This document shows, in pieces, positions 1-10,145 of a stretch of 64,000 nucleotides of DNA (within the stretch, counting starts at the first letter, position 1; each line of letters opens with the position of its first letter). The position numbers and the translations under genes were made by a program. The stretch is from Paraspadella gotoi (lineage: Eukaryota; Animalia; Chaetognatha): assembly GCA_051294375.1 (NCBI GenBank), contig CM119264.1, positions 10,701,832 through 10,765,831 on the forward strand, read 5' to 3'. The notes beneath the pieces are model-generated. The model did no database searches and was not told the origin of the DNA. It saw nothing but the letters and a program-made list of their open reading frames with translations.

Positions 1-2959
1 TTCGTTATTTTCCCACTCCTTCTCCCCCTCCTCCCCCTCCTCCTTCCGCCACACATCTCTTATATCGAAACTGACCCTCTCCCCTCTCCCCGACGCCCTA
101 AGATACCAGGCGCCAAACCCCAGCGCCATCAAAATCAACACCACCGCCAGCGGCGTCAAGCAGTAGATGCCGCGGCGTATTTGGCGCCACGCGGCTCTCA
201 TTCCGGATGGTGTGGTTGGCGTTGTCGGCGTCCACTCCGTCGCCGTCGTCGACAGAGTTGTAACGGCGCGACGCCGACGACGTCTCCGGGACGGGGACGC
301 TTCTCTGTTGTCGTTGTCGTTATTCGTTGGCCGGAATCTCGTAGATGGAATCCTTGACTCATCGCGATCATCGTCGCGCGCCTGATTAGAACCATCTCCA
401 CCGACGCCGCCGACGCCGCCCGCTGGCGTCTTTAGTCTCAACTGGCGAACTCTGGACAAGGAGCGAGAGATTCGCCTAAAGAGGGCGTTGAAGGAAGAGT
501 CGGCGGAGGAGGCGCTTTGGTCGGGACGCCAAACGTGATCGTTGTCGTCGTCGTCGAAGACGTTGCCTTCTTCCTCTTCATTTGGCGCCAAAGCGAAAAA
601 ATGGCCGAAAAAAGATTCGACGCTGAATTTAAATGAAGTAAAAGGGGACAGAATTTTAAAAGAAATCAACCAATCAATTAATAACAAGGAACCATGTCGC
701 AACTTTAAAATTCTTTTTCACACATTTCGTTCTGCCTTTTTAAACTCTTATAACTTACTTACATAACTACATCCGCCCAAAGATTTATCCACTCCGTAGG
801 AAATTACAATAATACTTTTCATTTTATGTTCACCTTGAGCCTTCAACGGGTTCGTCGCTCTCCGTCAAATCCTTTGCCCACTCCACTTCGCGAGTGAACA
901 CTTCGGGCGTTTGACAATCGCCATCGACGACGATTTGGACGTCGCCGACAGCGCCGTCGCCGCCCACGGCCTTTTCATCGGAATCATCTTCGCGGTCGAC
1001 AGCGTCCTCTGGGTCGTCGTTGAACATCGTCGTCTCCGCGACCGACTGGAACAGCACAGAGTCCACGGGTGGACCGGAGATTGCGGAGGCGAACGAAGGC
1101 GAAGGTCCGATAATCGTCTCGAGGATTGCACGCCGGGTTTTTCGAACGGAACCTAAGATTATTAGAGAAAAAAAATGATTTAAGCAATCAATCAATTATT
1201 TTTCTTATAAACGAGACTGAGAGAGAGTCTTGATTGAAAGCTTGCAGGGACCTGCTTTGTCCTTATCTTGTAAGAGTGATGGAGGCCTTATACAACCAAA
1301 GACAAAGTCCAAAATCCGAAGTCAGGGGCAAGATAGCTTATTTATTAAATGAATGAATAATTTTTATAATGGTTGTACCAATTTTATATAATACCCAACT
1401 CCTATAGAATCACCGCGAACGAGAGTGTAGCTCCTTTGGAACTTGAGCTCCAATTGACTTTCGTCGGATTGGATGGGCGTCGAGTCGACGATCGCCTCCA
1501 ACTGATCGACGTCGAGAACTCCGTCGAAACCTCGGTCCCCCGATTCCACCTCGTACTGTTTCGTGTTCATTATGTTTTTTTATGCTTTAAATATTATTAC
1601 TTTATTTAAAATATTTATAATTCCCCACCTGGCGACTCCGGAGTTCCTCCATCTTCCCATCATCTCCGGTCGGTTGTCCTTTTTCTTCCATTTCGATTCC
1701 TTCGAGAATCTCCAGTGCGTCGTCGAGATTGTCCGCGTCGTCGTCGTCGTCTTCTTCTTCGTAGTCTTCGTCTTGACCGGAACTCCAATCGGTCTGACTC
1801 CCCACCGACTCCATCAGCGACGAATGAGGCAGCTCCTCCAATAGATCTCTGGAGACGCGCAAATGGATGTTTAATGTTTATAGACAGACAAACTAATCCA
1901 CCGAAAACGGATGAAGGAACCGACGGAAGGACGGACGGACTGACTTTGAAACGAGCTGCATCTCCCGACACATTTCCGACATGAGTTCGACGGAATCTGT
2001 CATCGTCTGCATCTGCATCGACATCATCTCGATCTCCCCCAATTCGTCGTCGATCGCCGCCGAAGCACATTCCGGTGCTGACGCCCTATCTGACGCCGCC
2101 GCGGCCGATTCTGCTGTCGCTGCTGACGCCGAGGCTGCCGCTGACGCTGACGCCGAGGCTTCCGAAGCCGACGCCTCGATTTGAGCCGAGGAGGAGCTGA
2201 AATGATTTATCAGACTTTGGTCCGAGGTCAGTGAGGCGAGGATGCGTCGGAGCTGGTGGAAAGGACGAATTAAAGACGTTCTTCTTATTTTTTTATTACT
2301 ATTGTAATAGGGTGGTTGATGAAAAAGTTATTATTATTTTAAAAAATTAATAATGCCTTATTCTGTATTTAAAGATGCCGTTCAAAATTTTTTGGTTCAT
2401 CTTTTTTCAACTGTTTAAGCTTTTAATTTTAATTGACCTCTTCTGTGTTGTCGTCAAACTGGTCGATGTTGTTTGAGGTGGCACTTTGACGACTCATTCC
2501 GGTTGGAGGCGTCCTGAAGAGTGTTTTCTTGTGACAACTTTTAGACATACCGTATAATAAATAATGTTCATCTTCATAGCCAGATGTATGCAGTTAAACA
2601 TACTTAGTGAAAGAGAATATTAACTATTGTTCAATTTATTTGCCTCACCAATACTCAGTCAATTCGCTCAGCGCTTTTTTCAGGGGAATATAGACGTCAT
2701 TTTCGTCGTCGTCGTCATCGTCGTCGGCGGCACTTGTTTCGATTTCAAATTCAATGTCTCCGAACTCCACGATTTCGTCCGCGGAAACATAAGGCGGAGT
2801 TGAAAGCGACATCGGCGTTCTCTGGGGCTGACACCCGGCGCCGTTGTCGAATTCCAATTTGGCTTCGTTCCCAAATCCGATATCGTCATCTTTTTCGTCG
2901 GATTCTCCGCCAGATGGTTTCCGCCTAATCTTTACTCGTTTCATCGGCGGAGAATCCAT
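1..2959 (-). CDS. Uncharacterised multi-exon gene: acidic/low-complexity protein (~640-670 aa in window) with a single transmembrane helix near the end; 3' end may run off the window
   Basis: Phase-consistent GT-AG exons (minus): 2959-2649 (MDSPPMKRVKIRRKP...), 2513-2438, 2252-1945, 1848-1629, 1555-1414, 1152-834, and 622 to ~76 or beyond base 1 (frame stays open to the edge). The last exon encodes ...RRRRRRRAV...RQIRRGIYCLTPLAVVLILMALGFGAWYLR (hydrophobic stretch at ~168-100). No family recognised. Confidence 0.75.
1221..1390. repeat. Short dispersed repeat, copy 1 (intronic)
   Basis: gagagagtcttgattgaaagcttgcagggacctgct...gtaagagtgat...aagtcagggg...aagatagctta...ttattaaatgaatg recurs with scattered substitutions at ~7960-8120. 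Confidence 0.8.
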
Positions 2960-4359
2960 TCCGATGTTCTTATGTTGCTAGTCGGATAGCGTTTCTTTGC
3001 GGTAGAGGTCGCGCTGGCCTGGTTGTTCTTTTTTTTCTTTAAGCCAATCGCGCAATTATTAAATAAATAAAATTGTGGACTAGACTCTAGAAGTAATGTA
3101 CGATCAGAATATTTAAAATAATTTCCGTTGTAAACTTAGCATTTAAACGGATAAAGAACTCAAAAAATCCAGTTCAAGTAGGTATTATTTTATTTTCTTT
3201 ATCGTATGAAATTAATAATAAATTTTAAGAACTTTTTCTGACTAATAATCTCCATCTAAATTGAAAAGATTTGAACGAGTGACTGTAATCAAAAACAAAA
3301 AAAATTGTCGATAATTTTTCCCAGTGGAACAGAGCTAGCAAGTTCCCCGACCGCGAAATCCATCGCAAATACAAAGACGAAAATCGATAAAAGTCGTTTT
3401 CTGTCGCCATCAAAAGCTTCGGACGCCGACGGCGACGGCCGACCAAATCAACTTCTCTCTCTTTCTGGCATCGAAGGCCTGAACGTTGACCTCGATTTTT
3501 CTAATGCTTCGATATCGTTTTTTTTTTTTAGTTAACCACAAAGAATTTCATTAACCTGAACTTGATCAACGTCGCCTGGACCAGATAACTGCACTTTGCA
3601 TGCGGACGACGACTCCAGTTATGATTGTGTCGCGAAACGACGCATATTAGAAAAATCACTCTGTCGATATAAATTCTGACTCATTTTTGGAATGTTTTTG
3701 AGTTTTTATCCGCTGAAAATTTAGTTTGGAAGATCTCTACTTTAAATTAAAATGACGAGTGTAAATTACCTAATATTTCTGAATATTGTTCATGGCTGCC
3801 GGAAAATCTTAATGGTTTTGGCTTTTTTAATTCTTTATTTCTTTGAAACAAAATACATAATAACCGAAAATAATAAATTTTATAGTATTTTGCTTCTACT
3901 TTTTTTTTCATTTCTTTCTTGAGAAAAAAATGATAAAGGCTGACAGACGAAAGCAAACGGGTAGGAAAGATAAGTCAGACAAAAAGGTGCTGACGGGTGC
4001 GAGACCGACGGGTGGCAACAGATGCAAGGCCGAAAAACGTCCGGCGACAGATGTCCGGCCGGATGCAAAGACAACGGGAGAAAACGGCTGTCAGGTGGAG
4101 ATAGAGGGCGGGACGAGTAGCGCCGACAGATGCGAGACACTAGGTGGCGATAGAGGCGAAGGCGTCGGGTGTCGAAGGATGCAGCGTCGAGCGGAAAAGC
4201 GAAAACAAGTCGCTCTTTTTTTTTTCTTTTTTTTTTTTAAACTTTTCTCTTCAAAGGGATCAAGGGAAGGTGCGAGGCGAGGCCAACTTGGGAGAAACCT
4301 TTTTTTTTCTCTCTTCGCGAGCAAACAATATCAACAACGGTGACAACAATGTTAGAGAT

Positions 4360-6933
4360 NNNNNNNNNNNNNNNNNNNNNNNNNNNNNNNNNNNNNNNNN
4401 NNNNNNNNNNNNNNNNNNNNNNNNNNNNNNNNNNNNNNNNNNNNNNNNNNNNNNNNNNNNNNNNNNNNNNNNNNNNNNNNNNNNNNNNNNNNNNNNNNNN
4501 NNNNNNNNNNNNNNNNNNNNNNNNNNNNNNNNNNNNNNNNNNNNNNNNNNNNNNNNNNNNNNNNNNNNNNNNNNNNNNNNNNNNNNNNNNNNNNNNNNNN
4601 NNNNNNNNNNNNNNNNNNNNNNNNNNNNNNNNNNNNNNNNNNNNNNNNNNNNNNNNNNNNNNNNNNNNNNNNNNNNNNNNNNNNNNNNNNNNNNNNNNNN
4701 NNNNNNNNNNNNNNNNNNNNNNNNNNNNNNNNNNNNNNNNNNNNNNNNNNNNNNNNNNNNNNNNNNNNNNNNNNNNNNNNNNNNNNNNNNNNNNNNNNNN
4801 NNNNNNNNNNNNNNNNNNNNNNNNNNNNNNNNNNNNNNNNNNNNNNNNNNNNNNNNNNNNNNNNNNNNNNNNNNNNNNNNNNNNNNNNNNNNNNNNNNNN
4901 NNNNNNNNNNNNNNNNNNNNNNNNNNNNNNNNNNNNNNNNNNNNNNNNNNNNNNNNNNNNNNNNNNNNNNNNNNNNNNNNNNNNNNNNNNNNNNNNNNNN
5001 NNNNNNNNNNNNNNNNNNNNNNNNNNNNNNNNNNNNNNNNNNNNNNNNNNNNNNNNNNNNNNNNNNNNNNNNNNNNNNNNNNNNNNNNNNNNNNNNNNNN
5101 NNNNNNNNNNNNNNNNNNNNNNNNNNNNNNNNNNNNNNNNNNNNNNNNNNNNNNNNNNNNNNNNNNNNNNNNNNNNNNNNNNNNNNNNNNNNNNNNNNNN
5201 NNNNNNNNNNNNNNNNNNNNNNNNNNNNNNNNNNNNNNNNNNNNNNNNNNNNNNNNNNNNNNNNNNNNNNNNNNNNNNNNNNNNNNNNNNNNNNNNNNNN
5301 NNNNNNNNNNNNNNNNNNNNNNAGGACTCCAGCGACAACCGCGCCTGGATGATGACGTCATTTGCTCCGACGACGTCGAATTCCTCTTCGATTCGTCGCC
5401 GTTCAGAGACGATNNNNNNNNNNNNNNNNNNNNNNNNNNNNNNNNNNNNNNNNNNNNNNNNNNNNNNNNNNNNNNNNNNNNNNNNNNNNNNNNNNNNNNN
5501 NNNNNNNNNNNNNNNNNNNNNNNNNNNNNNNNNNNNNNNNNNNNNNNNNNNNNNNAGAGAGAGAGAGAGAGAGAATGGCGACAGAGATAAATATCCGTTT
5601 TTAACGGAGTATGAAGAATGGTCTCACTTTGTGCCTCATTTGGAAAACGTTTAACAGTTTAAAAGTTTAAATTTTTTGTTCATTTTTCACAAAATAGATC
5701 ATTTATTGCGCCTTTATTCCCCATTCTTTCTCGTTTACACTGATGTCATGTAACGAGTGACTGTCACTAAATAAGTTACCTAAATATTTTGCTTTAAAAA
5801 AAAATTACTTCCCAGCTATAAGATTCCTTAAAAAATTTGACCAAAAAACAAAAATTCTTAATAAGTCGGCCTTTTAAATTCTTTCAATCTCCAGAACTCT
5901 AAACTTGGCGCAATTCTGCAATAATATTACATTAATTAATAAATTTACATCCATAGTCTAAAACCATATCTCGTTTCAACAAAGAAATGTTCAACGTTTC
6001 AACTTTAAATCCATTCAAGAACCCAGTTTTAAAAATAACCCGCGTTCGAACCGAAAGATCGAAATGAATTCACAAGGAATTTCACTCGGAGTGACTGATG
6101 CTACTTTTCATCGGCGACGGCGTTTTGACGCGAGATCAAAGGGAGGCGAAATTGACCGATCAAAATTGCCCGGACGTCGTCCTTCAAATCCCTACTTCTT
6201 CTCCCCNNNNNNNNNNNNNNNNNNNNNNNNNNNNNNNNNNNNNNNNNNNNNNNNNNNNNNNNNNNNNNNNNNNNNNNNNNNNNNNNNNNNNNNNNNNNNN
6301 NNNNNNNNNNNNNNNNNNNNNNNNNNNNNNNNNNNNNNNNNNNNNNNNNNNNNNNNNNNNNNNNNNNNNNNNNNNNNNNNNNNNNNNNNNNNNNNNNNNN
6401 NNNNNNNNNNNNNNNNNNNNNNNNNNNNNNNNNNNNNNNNNNNNNNNNNNNNNNNNNNNNNNNNNNNNNNNNNNNNNNNNNNNNNNNNNNNNNNNNNNNN
6501 NNNNNNNNNNNNNNNNNNNNNNNNNNNNNNNNNNNNNNNNNNNNNNNNNNNNNNNNNNNNNNNNNNNNNNNNNNNNNNNNNNNNNNNNNNNNNNNNNNNN
6601 NNNNNNNNNNNNNNNNNNNNNNNNNNNNNNNNNNNNNNNNNNNNNNNNNNNNNNNNNNNNNNNNNNNNNNNNNNNNNNNNNNNNNNNNNNNNNNNNNNNN
6701 NNNNNNNNNNNNNNNNNNNNNNNNNNNNNNNNNNNNNNNNNNNNNNNNNNNNNNNNNNNNNNNNNNNNNNNNNNNNNNNNNNNNNNNNNNNNNNNNNNNN
6801 NNNNNNNNNNNNNNNNNNNNNNNNNNNNNNNNNNNNNNNNNNNNNNNNNNNNNNNNNNNNNNNNNNNNNNNNNNNNNNNNNNNNNNNNNNNNNNNNNNNN
6901 NNNNNNNNNNNNNNNNNNNNNNNNNNNNNNNNN
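4360..6933. other. Assembly gaps (N runs 4360-5322, 5414-5555, 6207-6933)
   Basis: N tracts. The long X-filled ORFs in the track here are artefacts. Confidence 0.99.
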
Positions 6934-7959
6934 ACCTTACCATTCACCCACCCGCCCCAAAAAATCCTCCCGCTGCTTTTGACCCTTCGAATCTTCGCGA
7001 GTGCGTTGTTCCCGGGATTACGACCGATTATACGACGGCGTCTCGAATCTTGCGTCTGCGGCAAACGTCAGGTTTTAAGGAAACTTCGGTCGTTTCGTTA
7101 ATATAACCTTAGGTTTTACGGAAATTTTCCGGCAGATTATTACGTTTTAACGGTCGGTCTGTCGTAAGAAATTCATCACATTAGACAAAAGCGCCCAATG
7201 ATTTCGGATTAAAAGAAATATTTCAGCGTGAATTACAAATAAATAGTTGCAAAATAGACCGGTAAACCTACAGTGCGGTGAGCGAACTCTACGAACCTTC
7301 GTTAAAGCCCGGGGTTCGATCGTCTTGACCGAAGGAAGATCGAAATCCCGGCCGGCGAAATTTGTTACGATCTTCCGCTTCATTGCCTTCTTTTTATTTC
7401 CCTTTTACTTCAATCTCTTTCTTTCTTTTTATTCCTTCTTTCTTTTTATTCCTTCTTTCTTTTTATTCTTTCTTTCTTTTTTATTCTTTCTTTCTTTTTT
7501 TTATTCTTTCTTTTTTTCTTTTTATTCTTTCTTTAATACTTTCATTTTTACTTCTAAGACGTTGTTCTCGATAGAAGGGATGATTGATGAGAATGATGAT
7601 GATTGATGATAATGATTGATGATGAAAACTATTATTGTTTAGGGCGATAAGGTGAGTAGCTGAAGTAAGAAAACAAATTTGTCATTAACTCTGTTTCCAC
7701 AGTTTGAAAGTTAGGGTTTTATTGATGCTGAATGTTTTTTCTATTATTGTAAGAGAAGCAAATGTCCGTCGCAGAAGATCAGCGAAGGGTAAAAACATCA
7801 ACCAAGGAAAACGGTCATGATTTAGCTAAATACTGCGTACACTAAACTAATAAAAGACCATAAAACAAAAATGAATATAACACTGTAATTTTTTCCCCGC
7901 AAGTAGTTTTAATCTTACATCAATTCAATAATTTGAAAGTAACAGTGATACAAGAGAGT

Positions 7960-8120
7960 GAGAGAGTCTTGATTGAAAGCTTGCAGGGACCTGCTATGTC
8001 ATTCTCTTGTAAGAGTGATATAGGCCTTAAACCACCAAATCCTGTCAAAAGTCAGGGGAAAGATAGCTTAGTTATTAAATGAATGGATAATTTTGATATT
8101 GGTTGTATCAATTTCATATA
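7960..8120. repeat. Short dispersed repeat, copy 2
   Basis: Same orientation and colinear with 1221-1390. A ~20-bp piece (cctgtc.aaagtcagggg) also occurs at ~61222. Confidence 0.8.
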
Positions 8121-8186
8121 TATATATAGGTTGTACCGATTTCCTTAGTAACCGCTGACGTTGTCTCTCTCTCTCTCTCTCTCTTA

Positions 8187-8220
<34 letters not shown>

Positions 8221-9152
8221 CGTCTCTCCTCGTCTCTGCTCTCTTTCTCCTCTCTCTCTCTTCCTCTCCTCTCTTGTCTGACTCTCTCGATCTCATTGTG
8301 CTTCTCTCCTCGCTCTTCGATCGCCCCATTACCATACCACAATCTGCTCACAGCTGCGATCATTTTTTTCTCGCTTTCGACTTTTGCCGTTTTGTTTCAA
8401 TTTTCTCTTTTCATCGTCNNNNNNNNNNTTGTTCTCAGCTTTTCAGCGAAATCCTATCGATTTTTTTCTCCGTTTTAGTTTTAATTTCTCCCGCCGGCTC
8501 ATATACCAATTTTTTTCTTGTCTCCGGGATATAATCTTTCTGTCTCTCCTCAGGTTTTTTTTTTAGATTAATTTCATTCTCTATTTTTTCAATTTTTTCT
8601 CTAAAGTAAAATTCTCTGTGAGAGAGAGAGAGAAAGATTGAGAGAAGAGAGGAGGAGAGATGAGAGTGAGAGATGAGAAGAGATGAGAGGAGAGACGACA
8701 GAGAGAGAGAGAGAGAGGACTGACGAGAGAAAAGAGAGAGAGAGAGAGTTAAAAGAGAATCTGTAGGATTTAAAGCGTTTGAGCTTCGATAGGTCCCGAA
8801 GCATCCCGGGTGAATTAAGCCGTTCTTCCTATTTTTTTTATTTCTTTTTTCTTCTTTTTTTTCACTTTTTGCTTTTTACGTTTTAGTCGAAATTTTTTTT
8901 ACTTTTTCGTTTTCGTTTCTTTTTTTCTCTCTCATTTAACCCACAAAAAATCTGTCGAAATTAATGCGAATTTTCGATTAATTCGATTTTCTCTGGCCTC
9001 GTTAAAAATAAACGCTCGTTTTTCATGACGATTTTTCATACCTGTTCAAATTGAAATTGAACTCAGAGAGAGAGAGAGAGAGAGAGAGACGAGAGAAGAT
9101 GAAGGAAGAGAGAGGGAGAGAGAGAGAGAGAGAAGAGAGAGAGAGAAGGAGA

Positions 9153-9193
<41 letters not shown>

Positions 9194-10145
9194 AAGAGAG
9201 AGATAGAGAGAGAGAGATGAGGAGAAGAGAGAGAGACGGAGAGAGAGAGAGAGAGATAGCGAATAAATTAAGATGAAAACGAATGGTGTTCGAATTCCCC
9301 CGCGGTTATGATGTGGATTATCTCTTCGCATTTCGATCGATTAGCGTCAGTTTCCAATCCGGATGTCTGGAGTCCGGGGAACCGCATTTCTCCTGTCCGG
9401 GTGTCCGGACGTCTGAATTACGTTCTTCAACTGTACGCCAGTCCGTTTTACCACGCGATAATAATATATATATATATATCGGTTCACTCTCACGATAAAA
9501 AAAAAAAATTATCCGTGAGAGCGTTTTGGACGTAAAAACAAATCGTTCGATTTTAATTTTTAATTAGTCGAAAGATAAAATTAAATTTAAATGCAAAAAA
9601 CTTTCTGCATCGTCGTTTTTAAAAATTATATAGTGAACAGTGAACAATCATTGATCTTGAAAATACTTCATTCTGGCAATCATTTTAAAACATTCGCTCA
9701 TCTTAATCGAATCCTTTTTTAAAAAAACAAAAACACGTGTGGCTCACAAGGTCGCTTAACTCGCTGTCCAAACATTCTTCATCAATCGCTTTCACAAGGT
9801 CATTTCACGGATGGTTAGATAATTTTCTGCTAAGTTTTTTTATATATTTATTACTTAGCTTTCTGTTGTTTAAACTTTACTGATTCTTCAACTTTAATTT
9901 CAAACTTCTGAAAATTCACTACGTCGTTATCTGATAAACATGCTTCTGTACTTTTTCAGACAACGAAAAGTAAATCTGATAAAATCTAAAAACGTTTCTG
10001 ATTCATACCATGAATCTCTTCTATAATTTTTAGTTTTTATATCGAAATGGTTTCCGAGTGCTGTTAAACTATTGAAAGTCATTTTTACGGTAAAAAATAA
10101 AGATAAAAAGCAAAAACTTGAAACCAAACCAAACAGTTTTTGAGG

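Noticed and set aside
5323-5413. GC-rich 91-bp island between gaps that looks exon-like
   Set aside because: Too short, with no splice context or recognisable motif.
4144-7101. Long (280-416 aa) ORFs in the track
   Set aside because: They are composed of N-gap X residues.
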